A stretch of 64,000 nucleotides of DNA, from the NCBI RefSeq assembly GCF_030684315.1, contig NC_081384.1:22358818-22422817 (forward strand). Direction: 5' to 3'. The notes below the pieces were generated by a model, which was not told the origin of the DNA, ran no database searches, and saw only the letters and a list, made by a program, of their open reading frames with translations. Of this stretch, positions 24,080-39,059 are shown piece after piece. The stretch is from Stegostoma tigrinum. Its lineage: Eukaryota. The translations under genes were made by a program, and so were the position numbers. Each line of letters begins with the position of its first letter. Within the stretch, counting starts at the first letter, position 1.

Positions 24080-24152
24080 ATGTCAGCTTTTGTGCTCCTA
24101 AGATGCTGCTTGGCCTGCTGTGTTCATCCAGCCCCACACTTTGTTAGCTTGG
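24080..24152 (+). mobile_element. PLE 3'-end fragment without tail
   Basis: GTCAGCTTTTGTGCTCCTAAGATGCTGCTTGGCCTGCTGTGTTCATCCAGCCCCACACTTTGTTA. Confidence 0.85.
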
Positions 24153-25570
24153 TTTAACTTGCTCTGAAATATCACAGAAGATAGATAAACCTGAACAAAC
24201 ATTCTTTCCAAACGCATGTTGCCCAATAGCCGAAATTCTGTTAACTGATGTATTCATAATAGATCTTTACCATAAAGGAAAACAGAGAATGATTCACCCA
24301 GATTCCAGGAATCTAATGTTTAATAGACTTCAATAAATCAGTTCTTACAAACAAGTGGAGTGGAAATGTTTTCTTTACCAACATTATGCAAATAATCCGA
24401 GAGTTTAAAATAAAATCAATGAAAACAAGAACTCTTTTAGATTTCATAGTGAATCCATGTTTTAGTATTTACTGATATTTCAGATATTGCTGACTGAAAA
24501 AGAATGTTTTCCCAAATAATTCCAGATTAACATAAAACAGCATAGCAAACATCTGCAATGGAAGAGAGGGAAAGACCAGCAGACCTGTACAATATGATGC
24601 AATCAAAAGCATTATTGATCTAACCTTCAACAACATACTTTTCTGGGAGAGGCAGAAAACATCATTACTGATTATACCTCTACTGGTCAACCTTCAATGT
24701 GGATAATATAAGTCACGGAGGACCAGAAAGAGAATCACTTGTTATCAGCATCTAAAATGATTCACACTGCTGACAGTCCCATGGGTTTTATAGGATATTT
24801 CATCAATCATGAGTAATTGCTTTAGTTTGCCGAGAGGTTTACACTCTTTGTAACCAGACTGCCTTATTCAAAGAATACAATAAATAGAAGTTTGCTGTGT
24901 GGTTGAACACTGCTGTCTCTGGAACTAACTTGATTTTTAACATGGGTTTGACAATTTGACATGAAAGGCTACTGTTTGAGCTGGAAGCAAAGAGGGTTCA
25001 GCAGTAAATGGGGAAATTATCTGAGGAGGAGGCAGCTGCTGGTATTATTTGGAGAAGATATGTCAGGGTGGCTGGACCAGGTCCCAGCTACCTTAACTCA
25101 AAAATTCAGATTCAGCAGTTCAACACCAACTGGTCAAATTTTCAGATTGCCACCAAGCCATGGAGATCGTGCAGTTGAGAAGACATCTGAAAAGGTAGTT
25201 TAGAAAAAAATACAAAGAATCAGATAAGCTGTATGAACATGAAGAATACTAACAGATAAATTATGGTACAGTGGAAATAGGAAGCATACATGATGCCTGA
25301 ATACTGTAGGAATATGAAAGGGTAAAGAGTAAAGTGATGTAACTGATGATGTTGAACATTCCTAAATAATAGACTAGGAGTGGGGGAAGTCATGTTCAAT
25401 TGCACAAAGGTCTGGTCAGGCTATACCTTAAGCACCACATTCAGACCTGGCCACCAAAATGACAAAATGTGCAAACTTCTTTAGACTGTTCAGAGGAGAA
25501 CAATTGGACTATCTCTAAAATCATAAGAATAGACAAAAAAAAATTGACAGAAATGAAAGTTGACCGCGTA

Positions 25571-27850
25571 TGTGGGGGCAAGGGTTAACTATACACTTAC
25601 TCTAAGAATAGCTATTGAGCATGTGCACAAGGAGTAATGCCAAAGTGATGTCAGATCATATGGAACTGAGACTTGAAACTGTAGAGTTTCTGTTACTATG
25701 CCTTGCATATAGTTATGTCTATAAATGCCTGTTGATTTTCATTTATGAGTTCACACCTGCTCTTACAACATGGTGCCAATAGTGAACAGGCCTATATAAC
25801 TGGAGGCAAGTGGAAAGAGAGACCTTAAGTGAGGACCAATGACAGCACATGCTATTGGAAGAGACTGACGCCCTCCCAACCTACAAGCCACAAGAGTAAA
25901 AGAAAAGCCAGGGAAAATAGTGCCCATGGTGAAGGAATTAAAGGCCCATTTAGGCACTGAACCAGGGAAGGGCAAACAGTTGAGCATGCGGCAAGCTGCA
26001 AGAAAAATCATTAAACCTTTTTTAGTTTGAGATTTTGTTTTGCAGAGTTGGGGAAGAAAATAGCAGAAAGCTTGCCAGAAGAAAGTGTTTGAAGAAATGG
26101 CACACTGATACCATTAAGAAACCCCACGATCCAGAGCAGGGCCCGGTCAGTATTCTAGCGGGTCAGGAGTGCCAAGCGTGGCAACATTTTAGAGCTAAAT
26201 CAGCAATGTATAAAAGGAGAAACAGACGTCAGCAGTCTGCAAGTGACCAAGTATTAAAAGATACTGAAGAGCAAGATGAGTTCTTTCTGAGATAGATAAC
26301 AGGTCTATAAAAACTTCCAGCTCTCTTCATCTTGTACACCTTCAAGTCAATTTCTTTGGTGCAGATTTCTTGGCTAATGACAAGAAAATTAATGGTAAAT
26401 TGGATATAAACGAAGATGTATCTATTATGGTTGAAACAAAGAAATTCTTAGACCCATCCTCCATTCAATTTTGGGGCAAAGGAGGTATTAAAATGAGAGC
26501 GAGAGCATGGAAGAATGCTAGGCTTTGTTATACTGGATGAAAGATAAGAGAAATATTCCTTTATTAACAGATGCAGCTGGTACCAAAGTTGTCTCAGTAT
26601 TCCAAGAGCCATAAGGTGAAAAAATACAGCAAAGCCTAGGGTGACCTGCAATACGAATGCATCCATAGCTTTATTTTCTCTCTCATGACTAACAGAGAAT
26701 CAACCTAACGCTAGTGTGGTCCATTTAGTGGAAATAGAGGACTGTACTTTTAGAATTGGCTGGCACTATTGGTGAGGTCCACATTGTCTTTGTTTTGTAG
26801 CATTATCATTTTGTTTAAGAAGATAACAGAATTCTCTGTTTATTCCACTTAACCAAAAAAAATCATGCAAATACAATAACAGCAGCAGCAAACAACTAGC
26901 TTAAGAAATTCCGCCCTGTAGTGAAGACTGGAGCACTACAGGAGGTAGAAGCAGATCCACATCTGGAATCTTAGCTGTTATCTGCTGTACTTCTACACTT
27001 GCTACAGAAGAACGGAACCTTGGCAAATTTACAATATCTCACCTGAAGGTAATAGACCTGATGGAGTTATAGGATAAGTGCAAAGAACAGGTTCAAATGA
27101 TAGATTTCCTAACATTTAAAAGCCTGGTAAATGGTGAAGGCCTTATTGAGGTTCAATGATAAGTGAATACAAGCAGAGCTTTAGAATTTTCTACTGTCAG
27201 CTAGATGGCCACAATACTTAAGAATTCTCAGATTATGGAATTTGAAAAGGATCTACAATAAAGCTTAACATGGATCAAAGGACATCATCATAGATTTAGG
27301 ACCATTATTTATCTTTAGGCAGTGTGGATAATTAACCTCTTCCAGAGGCAGAAAGGAACTCTGTGAAACACATTGTTATAAAATATACGAACAACATTGG
27401 GATGAAGATGATGCCTTCCAAGAAAAGCTTTCAACCTTGGAGACAGGTAAAGGAGGTGTAATTCAACAACAGAAAGCAGCTAAAGAAAAACCATCCTGTG
27501 CAAAAGATACTTCCAAGCTTTACTTGGATTATGTTTATTTGGCACATTCATAAATTAATAATCTGCGTAAAAGTCATAAAATGGCTTGGAAATGCTCAAA
27601 GTCTATTTCAGTAAATGGATAAAGGCTCAAACGGCTCTTCGTGCCGAGGAGGACTGTGGGGAAGTTTAAAGATGAACATCAAAAGGTATTTGGATGTTGT
27701 ACCAAATCTTGCTTACTTGTGCAGTCTAATTCACTGAAGATGATTTTTGAATTTAAAGCTTCAGAAATAGAAAAAAAAATTAAATTGCAGAAGATTTCCA
27801 CAAGTCCTGGCTGAGACAGAAATATTACTTACGGAAGAATTATTTCTTAC
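25571..27850 (+). mobile_element. Ancient Ty3/Gypsy remnant: LTR, PBS and decayed gag-pol
   Basis: TGT..GGGTTAA...ACAACA (25571-25770), then TGGTGCCAATAGTG (Leu-like PBS). Decayed Zn-knuckle-like segment near 26130-26200 and protease-like KLDINEDVSIM at 26397-26429. The 3' boundary is uncertain. Confidence 0.55.
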
Positions 27851-28074
27851 TGAAATACTCAGAACACAAAGATTGCTGTGAATTATTAACTGAAGAACAC
27901 ATTTTACCATAATACATTCTTCCTTTATTTAGTAACCTTTAATAAAATCTATTAATATCCACTCACTTGAATGTTGACATTATCCTACTACTAGAGTTAT
28001 AGCAAGTATAGAAAAGACAAAGCAATACACAATTCAAAGAAAAATAGGACAAGAGAATCCAGGTTCAAATTAGG

Positions 28075-28355
28075 GCTAACGTCACCCTCCTATCCAGATC
28101 ATTATCAACTCCTTTGCCTATCAAACTGTTCTTCTTTCTCTTTGGGCTCTATCCTTTATCCTATCATTTACTCCATACCATATCCCCTTCCATCTTTTCT
28201 GCATATAAACCAACATTTTCCTAGCTCCCATCACCAGACCCATAACATTAACTCTGACTTTTTCTTCACAGGTGCTGTCAGACTTATTGAGCTTTTCCCG
28301 AAACTTCTGTTTTTGTTTCAGATTTACAGCATCCACATTTCTTTTGGTTTTTATT
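28075..28355 (+). mobile_element. Old PLE 3' end
   Basis: Pyrimidine-rich UTR, then AACATTAACTCTGAC..CACAGGTGCTGTCAGAC..GAGCTTTTCC..TTTCAGATTTACAGCATC. Confidence 0.65.
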
Positions 28356-28464
28356 CTAATGTCAGGGAGTGTTTATTCAGACAAAAGTAGAATGGCAATT
28401 TGTGTGATGATATAAGCAATTAAAAAAGAATAATGGTACGTAAGTAAAGGGGCAAAATGTTGCT

Positions 28465-29250
28465 AAATTGAGTATAATGTGAAATTGAGTATAATGTGAA
28501 AATATGAAATTGTTCACCTTAGAAGAGAAAACAAAAGAATAGATTATCAATTAAACAGAGAAAAGATGCAGAAAGTTGCATCACAAAGCAACTTGAGGCA
28601 CTTTTTCATGAAACACAGAAAGTTAGTAGTATACATGTTCAGCAGGTAGTCTGGAAACCTGATGGAATGTTAACCGTTGTTCGAAGTGTGAATATAAGAG
28701 TAGGGAAATCTTACTACAGCTATACATGGTGCTAGTGAGACTACATATGGACAACTGTGTATTGTTTTGGTTGTCTTAGTTAGGAAAAGTTATTATTTCC
28801 TTGGAGGTGGTTCAAAGAGGTTGATTAAGTTGATTCATGATTTGGAAAGATGAGCAAAGACTAAACAGGTTGGGACTCTATTCATTGGAACTTATGAGAA
28901 TGAGAGGTGATCTAATTGAAACTTGTAGGATTCTTAAGGGGTTTGACAGAGTAAATGTTGAGAGGATGTTTCCCCTATTGGGAGAGTCTCTGACCAGAAA
29001 ACATCACCTCAGAGTAAAGGGGAACAAGTTTAAAGCTGAGATAAGGAGGAATTGTGAGGATTGAGAGTCTTTGGAGCTCCTTACCACAGAGAGCTGTGGG
29101 CACAGAGTCCTTTTTATTTTTATGGATGAGATAGAGTCTTGATCAGTGGGGAATCAAGAATATTGGATCAGCCACAATACTATTGAATTGTGGAGCAGGT
29201 CTGAGGGGCTGAATGGCCGATTCTTGTTCCTATTTCTTCCAATTTTATGG
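28465..29250 (+). mobile_element. CR1 LINE 3' fragment
   Basis: EQRLNRLGLYSLELMRMRGDLIETCRILKGFDRV (CR1 ORF2 C-terminus). The 3' UTR ends with GGGCTGAATGGCC. Confidence 0.85.
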
Positions 29251-30174
29251 GCTTAAGGGTGGCCAGCAAGTGAAATATATTTCTAGTAGGCTAGTAGCTG
29301 TTCATTTTTGGGTAATATGTGACATGTGATACATGACATCTTGCTGGATTGCTCAGTCTGCCTCGGCAAAAGGATATTTTGCAGCTTTATCTAATTCATT
29401 GCCAAGAAAGTTGCAATCTTAACTGGAAAGCGTCAGTCAGAATCTGTGCCAAATGGTTTTTGTTCCTCTCTTCCCATGGTTGCCTTGTGCAGCCTATCAT
29501 GAGGGTGTCTCCAGTACAGAAGAGGAAACTGTTTATGGAGGACAGAAAGTAATCCTTAAGCATTGTTGAGGTGTTTTTCTTGGAGAGTAAAAGACTGACA
29601 GGATCAAGGGAAGTAATTTTCATTTAAGGCAACTCACTCTCCCACCTGAGGTCTATGTGAAGGGAAAGTGATTAAATAGGAAACATTACAAAAAGCCTTT
29701 AGAAATACAGGTTCCCTGATCTGTACGTTCTCGAGAGTTAAAAAAAAACATCATTTTTGACAGATGTCTTTTGATAGAAACCATGTGCAACCTTTGGAAG
29801 TTTCTGAAGTCTCTGAGCACTCAAAGGATTATTTAAGGAGGTAAAAGATCGTAGTGAGGATTTCTGGTAACGTAAAGCAACACTTGCTAACAGGAATTAG
29901 ACTAATGATTAGGATTTCACTGGTATGTATGACAAATAATAAAATAATTGAGGGTAATTTCAAAATTGTATACATGATGAATAAAAAGGCTTACTTAAAG
30001 ATGAATAGAACATTTGTGGAAGTAATATTTTTCTATCGACATATGGGATTAAAATTATGATATTTCTTTGCTTTTTTTGAGCCATTATATTTTTTGCTGA
30101 ACTCATTCATAACAAACAGAAATCACTTCTGCTTTCACTTAGACATAGAGCACCAATAGAAGATGGCTAATTTT

Positions 30175-30470
30175 TTTTCTTTCATTCATTTGTGGGATGT
30201 GGGCAGCGTTGGCTGGCTAACATGTAGTTCCCCTCTTTTGTTGCCCTTGAGAAGGTGAGCTGCATTCTTGAACCGCTGCAGCCATGTGCTGTGCACTGAC
30301 CCACGATGCCGTTAGAGGGGTCATTCCAAGATTTTGACCCAGCAACAGTGAAGGAATGGTGATGGATTTCCAAGTTACAATGGTGAGTAGCTTTGAGGAG
30401 AACTTGCAGGTGGCGGTGTTCCCATGTACTTGCTGCACTTGTACTTCTAGGTGGAGGTAGTTGTGGACCC
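30175..30470 (-). mobile_element. 3' end of the tRNA-headed LINE family (see 43351-46925)
   Basis: TTCATTCATTTGTGGGATGTGG...CTTGAACCGCTGCAG, the reverse complement of 46690-46922. Confidence 0.8.
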
Positions 30471-30601
30471 AGGTAAAAGTAAGCATTTTTAAAAACTTAG
30501 AATCAAATAGGATTGTCACTTACATGAAATACTATATTTTTCAATGAGAACTTCTTGTCATATGGTGGCCTTAATAATCTCATGATGTCATAAACCATTT
30601 T

Positions 30602-30957
30602 AGAGTGTCATAGAGCCATAGAGGTGTACGATACGGAAACAGACCCTTTCGTCCAACTTGTCCATGCTTACCAAATATCCTCAATTAATCAAGCCAACAT
30701 CTGGTCCATATACTTCTAAACTTTTCTTATTCATACATCCATCCAGAAGCCTTTTAAATGATGTTCTCGTACCAACCTCCACCACTTCCTCTGGCAGCTC
30801 ATTCCATACACAGACCATCATCTGTTTGAAAAATTTGTCCCTTAGGCCCCTTTTAAATCTATCACCTCTTACCTTAAACCTATGCCCTATAGTTTTGGAC
30901 TCACCCACCCTAGGGAAAATACATTGTCTATTTACCCTATCAATGTCCCTCATGATT
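30602..30957 (-). mobile_element. CR1/HER1 LINE 3' fragment
   Basis: ESKTIGHRFKVRGDRFKR..VWNELPEEVVE, with a (CATAGAG) tail. Confidence 0.85.
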
Positions 30958-33900
30958 TGGGTAAAGTACTTTTGAAGTGCTGCATTGTTGTAATATACAG
31001 AGCCACAACAGCTAATTTTCAGATAAGATGCCACAAAAAGCAGTGATATCTACAATCTGGATCTCCATCTGGATATTAGATGTCCCTACCTAGTGTGCTT
31101 TGCATGTCTCGTCACAGCCCAATGTAAGGAGGACGATATTCTCACCCACCTAATCTCCTTACTTTGTGGCTGGGTGCCAAAATCAGCAGAACACTGCTAG
31201 ATGTAAATAAATAATTAAGATCCAGGTGAGTTTGTGAAAAGCTCAATCAACTCCAATATTATGCTGCCTGTACTGTAAAATTATTAGCACGGACAGACAA
31301 GTGGGTGTAGGCAAAACATTTTAATTTCAAACTATTTGTAAAGGCAGAAAGGAAAAGGGTGCTCCTTTGGTGGGTGCCTTGCCCATCAGGACACCCTCAA
31401 GAAGATTCCTCTTCCTTCACATCAGCCTGTAGTATGAAGCCCAAATTCCCATTTCCCTCAAACCCCTTCTCCCAAAGGTATTGAAACCCATTTGTTATGA
31501 TAGTGATCAAAATAATCTTTATTCTGATTGACAAGAGCATTATGTTTTGTTGTGTTGCCTAATACAGGAAAACATGCAAAATTGATAAATCAGTGCTATT
31601 TGAATCCATTCATGGGTTACTATCTCATTTTAATTATCATAATTTTAGCCTATAATGTCGAACCTTATAATGGCCATTGAGAAAAGCTACTGGAAGGCAA
31701 CGAGGTCCATGCAAGTGTTACTCAGTAGAGGTTCGAACCTTTTAAAATCAGTATCGACTGGACAACAGAACTTCAATGGAGGTGCAGCTGGGGCTGAAGT
31801 GATGAGACAAACATTCACATTCATTCAAAATGAAACCCAACATTCATTCAGAGTACTTCAGAATGCACATGATTAGAAGTGCTTAAAACATTTTTTATTC
31901 TACTTGTAAATGTGACTGTAATTTAGTAACAGCCACACTCAATGGATATAGAACACTCCTTAATTTAATTCCTATGTGCGACAGCCGGGCAATCCATTGT
32001 AGCAGACCACTGGCTTGGTGGTGAAGTAAATAAATACCATATAAGCAACAGAACTGAATTGGACACAAGCCAAATACTGTGGTATTGCAGATTTGAAGTA
32101 CAAACTGAGACACACTGAGTCCTCATTTAATATCATAGGTGTACTTCTGAGAAGTGCAGCTTTAATTGAAATGTTTATGTGAGTCAGTTTTTCCCATTAT
32201 AGCTGGAACTAGGACCTATGTCATTAGAAAAAAAATAAAAACATTATACAGTGTAAGTCAAAATACTGTACATTGTTAAATTACTGTATTTACAAATAAA
32301 ATAGCTTACTTAAAAAAAACACAATTAAAAATAAAAAATGAATGTACTTACTTATACTTATTTACCTCCAGTTCTTCACCTGACCAGCCCTCTAGGTGGC
32401 TGCTAATTTGCTTCACTACCTCTGTCTGACAGCCCCAGTAGCTCTCTATGATGGCCACTGAATGTCCTATTTGTTGTCTCCTTCTCTTGCCAATGCTGCC
32501 ATCTAATCACATCTGACCCTTACTGCAAAGCTTGCAAGATGAGAAAAGAGGCAGGAAGAGGAGTTTTGGGTTGCAGGGTTTTAGAGGGAATCTGACAAGC
32601 TGGAGAGGTTGCAAGAGTGTAGGTTAATGGAAAGGAAGGTCAGCAGCAATCAAGACGGTTAACAGCAACAAGGAAGGTCCAGGTAGGGCAGGAGATGCCT
32701 TTCTAAAATCAGCACGGACTGGGTCACATGGCTTTGTGTCAGCATCAAGACATGAAATAACATCAGAATAAATCTCCCCTCACTACCATACATTTGCATT
32801 TCCAGTTTCATTAGGTGATTTTAAAACAGAATAAGGTTAAATGGGGTGAGTTTAAATGGGGACTGATCAAAATCAAAAGGTACCATCTCTGAACAGAGAA
32901 GAAGAGATAACACTCAGGTCACAAATCTTTCATCAAACCAATTTGGAACTTGAAACACTGCCATTCATGTAATAAGATTCTATTACATGCAGCGCTCTTT
33001 GCGATTCCACTTAAACTTGTGAGGACTGAGATGTCTTTGCTGTGCATCTTTTTCGAGAATTGTTTCTTTACCTTGTGCAGACTTCAGAACTTGCATCTTT
33101 CAAAATTTAATTGAACAAAAATATTTTTAGAGATGGTGTTGAAAATAAAACGGGTGCTGGTTCTAAACATGGAAGACTTTAACTTATCAAATGGCTGATA
33201 TTCAAACCCTGTTACGTTGAAAATTAAAGCATTAAGAAATGATTGCCTATGAACCATTATACTCAGGACAAAGCTTCAGTATCAGCAAAAATAGCAAAAT
33301 TAAAATCATTTGTGTTTTTCCCAATATTTCTAATTGCTAATTCACTTTTCCAAAGTGTGAGAGTTTGTGCAAGCATGTGTGTGTGTATGAATCAGATTCA
33401 TAAGGATTACCCTTCATGGTGGGGGAAAATGCTCATTTTATTGGCCAGGTTCACACATGAAGTATAGACATATGTAAGCATCTGGTATCCAGAGATCCAC
33501 ATGCACCATGTGTTACTGCCTTCAGAAGAGGGAAGGAAATTGGAAATTATTTAAAATCCAAGTTAAAGGGGGTCAAAAGAAACATTTTCCAAATTAGGGT
33601 ACTGACAGTCCTCCTATGCAAAACATATTAGACTGCCCCAGAAATTCTTTAATATCATTGAGATGTTATGGGTGTAAAACAGACATCAAAGCATCTGAAG
33701 TGTGTCACACACTATGTTAAAAGGCTGAAATATAGGCACTCACACATGTACTTGAAACAGGCAGTATTCTTCTAATTTATGTGCACTGAATGCCTGACAT
33801 TTCTAGGATACCTTCCTGAAATCATTTGCCGTGAATCTTGCCAGCATTGGTTGGCCTGCTTTCAAGATGTCACCACTAATTCTTCAATGAATGTATTGTA

Positions 33901-36900
33901 ATTTGCCAACAAAATGGTAGTTTAAAAAATATCAGCCTGAAAGTAAGCATGAGCTCTCCTCCTAACCAATTCAACAGCCCACATGTTCTGGCCAGCAGAT
34001 CTTTGTCATACAGTTTCATCCCATCAACTGAAACCCAGCGCTCAAAAATTTGAAAATACATTGAATCTAATTCTCAGAGTAAAGTATGTAAATTCAGAAA
34101 AGCTTTGTTAGAGGTCTTTTAGAAATCAGTAATGACTGATCTTTGGGTTGTCTGAATGGCCTAACATTTCAGTAGGAAGGTAAAAGTTGATGTTTGGACT
34201 CTAAGCCTGAAAAAGAACATCTCTGCGACAGAATAATTACTTAATTTAACTACATTTCATGTTGGGTCTATATCTATCATTAAATCGCATTTTCTTTTCA
34301 AAATATGGTGTTGTAAGTTCATATTGTTTGAAAATAAATCTGCCTAGAGAGGGAAACACCTCTAAATTAGGTGGGATCTGAACCCAGCCTCTACAGCCCA
34401 GAGACAGCAATGCTACCACTGTACCACAAAAGCTCTACCAGTATCAGCTCGTAAAAAAACCCCAATAATCCCCAATTTTCTAATAGCAACAGCACGGAAA
34501 TTATCGATGATTACTTGGAAGGTTAGAATGTTTTGAGATGCAGACCTATGTTTTACTTATGTAATTGGTCATTCTGTTCTAAGGACAGAACTGAAATAAT
34601 CAATGTGTTTGGTTGCTCATTACTTCAAGAATATTGTGAGCAATTACACTCAACATTAGTTGTCCAAGCACAGGGGTTTAGTCAAAACAAATTACTTTGA
34701 ATGACAGGTGGCTCTCACACATGAATTGTCAAAACTTTTTGAATTTTGAGTCAAGTACTTTGGATGCCTTAGAGCGAGATTTATGTCAGTAATATGATAA
34801 GCTTTCATAGCAAGAGGGATATTTCGATACAGGCTCAGGATATCTCAGCTGTACTGCTTCAGTTGATGGCTAGGAACATTAGTTGACAACTCAGGGTGCC
34901 TGAAGGCAAGTTCTATCAATTCACCTGGTAGAGTCCATTATGACACTTGTTTCTGTTCCTAATCTGTGTGAAAATGCAAATTTTTATTTTAACTTCCACT
35001 TAAAAGAAATGAAGAACACCAGACGTTAAATGGATAAGCACATGATTGTGTGGTTAATTTCCAAACGATACTATGCCAAAACAATATTTGTGAAAATGCA
35101 GGGTTAAAGTACAATGTTGACAAATCAATGCTACAATTAACTCTTGATTATCCACCCTGGGTCATAATTATCAAGCACAAAATCTTCATTTACTGCACCC
35201 CTTGACAAGATGATCCCATCTTTATTTTTCCTTTAATCCAGCTAATCAATCAGTCAGGCTAATAATTAGAGTTTCAGTGTCAACGCAAGAACAGAAGCTC
35301 CATTTGGAATTCACTTAATTCAGTGATGATGTCAGTCTTGGAATAACATGCTTGGGGTATAGCCATCCAAAATGTTAACCCCCAGGTCACCCTTAACCCT
35401 GACTTTGGATAAAGTACTTCAGGTAGTACCTGAAACTTCAAGAACATCAAGTAATCAATTAAGAGCATTGCTGCTATTACAAAATTGGTTCCAATTAGGC
35501 TGTCATGCTCAGCTACTTAAAGGTAATTTCCTGACTCTCAATACTTCAGATATTTGCACTATTGCCTACAAAAAGTTCTCTTCAGACAGGCATTGATTTT
35601 GCAGGAAAATACTGACACGGCCTCAAGTTGAAAAGAAAGATGTCTGGCTTGTTCCGAATTAGTGTCTTGGTTCTGACGATAATGGAAGTAACCAAATAAA
35701 GTTTTGACTGTATAATCCAGGCTTCAACTCCTTGCGCTGCATTGCAGATAAGCCTGGACGCTAAGAAGAAGCTTTTACAAAGAAACAGCCTTGATAGTTT
35801 CATCGTACTGGGTGACATTTAGATTGCTGTGTAAACTTGCCTTGATGTACTCTGAGTTGACGTCCACTTATAATGCCAACTTACTTTGTAAGAAATTGTG
35901 ATCATCAATAGACTTCCCTCAAAGGTTAACTTGAGCAAAACTATTTGTTAAATATTCACATTTCCTGGCTTTGCAGATCTGTATTCTCACATGAATAGAA
36001 ATGCCTACAAATGATCAAGAATGTCTTTACAACAGAACGCTTCAACATATTTCAATTTTTTTATTGCTTTAATCAATAAAGTATTTGAAATAAAAGGGCT
36101 AATACCTGTAGTAAAATGCAGATACCTACTTTCAAGTATAAGTATATTTAGCTTTTATATAATAGCAAAAGCTCACAAATTCCATGCTAATGAGTCAAAA
36201 ATCCCAATCATTCACCTAAAAGGTGAAATGAGATAAAATTAACAGATTAACCATTGATTGTTTTATTTGTTTTAAGTATTCTTTTACAAACACACCAATT
36301 GTTTACGTATTAAAATCTGTTGTTGCTTTGAAATTACCATGATTAAACATTGATATGATCTTGTCTTAATGAAGATTACCAATTGATTGTTGCTTGATAT
36401 TAACTATAGGACTTGGATATCCAATGTTTTAGATCTCTCAGTATGACAGAGTCAAATTGGTTTGGAGATATTCTGGCTTCTCTTGAACATTCTCACAAAA
36501 AAAAATTCTCAATAGTTAAAATATCAACTCCCTCTTATCCCATCTTTCCTCACCATTTCCCTGCAGTTTATCAGCTATAAAGTAAAATTTTAAATTGCTA
36601 CTTGACCTTTGCAGCAATTTTTGAAAGCTGTAAAAATCCAAAAGTGTGATGCCACCAACAGAAACAGAAAACATGATCAGGCAGTATTAATAGATGAAAA
36701 TTAGAATCACACCAAGGAAATGAGAATAACTGGTTGATTGAAGGACTTAAACCAAGTCTCCGCTACTGTAGAAGTGATTATCCACTCTTACTTGACTTGT
36801 CTGACTGATTATTGTGTGAAATGTAGTTGAGTTATCCTGTTTTGAAGCAGAAAGAATAGAGGGATTGTGTCAATATGCAACAACATTGTTGGAGGAGATA

Positions 36901-36959
36901 ACATTTAATGGACTGTAAAGAGACACGATATTAGGAACTTCATATAATATTAATATTCA

Positions 36960-37590
36960 GATTAGAGGCAGCAGTAGGCCAGTCAGCAGCTTGAGTTTGC
37001 ACATCCATACAGTGAGATCACGGTGGATCTCATTATTCAACATTTCACATATACCTGATAACATTTCCCTCCTTTGTTTATAAAGAATCTATCAACATCT
37101 GCCTTAAAAATATTCAAAGCCTGTTCTTCCCAAGCCAATTAAGGAAGACAGTTCCAAAGATTCAGGACTCTGTGTGAGAGAAGAAAAAAACTATCCTTAT
37201 CTCTGTCGTATTTACAAGCCGCAAACCTTAGATCCAGATTCTTCAATTAGAGCAAATGTTCTCTTTACATGTTCTTTAATGTATCAAGATCTGTTGGAAT
37301 TAATGTTTAAATCAAATTGCCTCTTAGTTTTTTAAAATCTAGTAGATACAAGCCTAACCTGTCCATCCTTTCAAGACAAACTGCCCATTCCAGGTACTAG
37401 TCGAAAAAATATTCTCTGAACTTCTTCCAATGCTTTTGCTTTCATCCATAAACAAGAAGACCAATCCTGTACATAATTATCCAAACATGGTCTAACCAGA
37501 GCCCTTTATAATTAAAGCATAACGTGCCTACATTTGTGTCCAATTCCTCTCGCAAGAAACAATAACATTCTATTAGTTTCTTCCTTTACT
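36960..37590 (-). mobile_element. Old CR1 LINE 3' fragment
   Basis: GCAGTAGGCCAGTCAGC end, CTGCCTTAAAAATATTCA and GTTCCAAAGATTC, similar to 60288-61088. Confidence 0.6.
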
Positions 37591-39059
37591 TGCAAAAGTT
37601 ACAAGACAAAGTTCTTAAAGACACCAAATTTCATCATGCTGTAGTATGCAAAAGTAAAATCAAACTTCTCCTGACAGTAAATTATACTGACTGTAGGAAG
37701 AATGAATCACTTGAGTGGTTAAGAACTGCACTATCAAGTGCTGCTGCTGTATGAGAATTTGGCAGATCCTAATGCAGCAGGACCAGCTTCTTAGTATCAT
37801 GCCACAATCTTTGGCAAAGGTAAAACAAACTACATGTACAGGGAAACATCTTGATTTTATTTCTTCTGACGACTGCATATCCATTTAATAGTGAATGTTA
37901 CTTACATTACACCATAATAAGAAGGTAATTGCCTGTTGCAGGATTCATTATGTCAGTGTAAAGTATTAGATCTGGGACATCACACATCAAAAGTCTATGA
38001 TCCACTGTCTTTTGTTGGCAATCATACAATGTACAGGGCAAGAGTAAAAACGATTCTGTTATTTGATAGTGTCTTGTCAAATCACATTGGAGTTTCTAGC
38101 CCAATAGTATATTTATACATTCGTAAATAGCCCCTGAGGAAACCTGTCATCCTGTTAAAACAGAGAGCCATTTTAACTGTATATTGAATTTCCAGACTTC
38201 TGTATGTACAGTAACTTTTCCCTTAACTATGTAACTGCTGGAGTTAGTTGAATTTTTCTAAGAATCCTTTTTACTTCGGCATTTTATAAGTTGCTTTGAA
38301 AAGGGCTGTGCAGCCCACATTCTTCTCCAAATCAACAACATTTGGAATTCACCCATTTTGTCAAGACAACCTCTTCAATGAATATAATAACCTTGGGCAG
38401 GCAAGTGATTAAAGGCTGAGCTTACAATATGTTTTCTATTACATTATAGTTCCTAATACAATTTCCACACATTCCTAAAGTTGATTGTACAATATGATCT
38501 CATTGGCGGCCAGGATAGTGTAAAGTGACTGACAGAAAATAAATTCATTGGAGTTTTTTCATCATGGAACAGTAATCAGAATGAGCTTTCCAATCAGAAA
38601 CAAGCAGAATAATGGACACAGAGCCTTTCTTGAGGCTGAGTGAGATGCCGCACGCAACCATTTCAGGTTCCAATGATTATAATAAATTCCATGTTTTATA
38701 CCTTACCATCCAAAAGCCTGTTTATGTTCAAACATATCGTACAATATGATAGCATCATAGTTTGGTATTGGTTGAATTATCTTGCAAATTGAGAGGATCA
38801 TAACCACAGAGCATTTTTAAATTTTTTTGTCTTTCATACAAAGTGGTTTATACTTGTCAACAGCAGATTTTGGCTGCAAAATTTGGCTCCACAGTGAAAT
38901 TAGTCTTGGGGATCAGGAATTTGGGTGCCAAGAAAATGGTAGAGCAAATTTTCCCAGTGCCTTCAAGCAAGACTTGCAATGCTTGCTGTATCCTGAAGGA
39001 TGAATGCGCAGGCATCTTATCATACATTACTGTCTTGTCAATCTGGGCTTGCAGCTACA

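Noticed and set aside
28465-28498. Perfect 17-bp tandem duplication AAATTGAGTATAATGTG x2
   Set aside because: A simple local slippage or duplication at the 5' edge of a CR1 fragment, with no sign of function.
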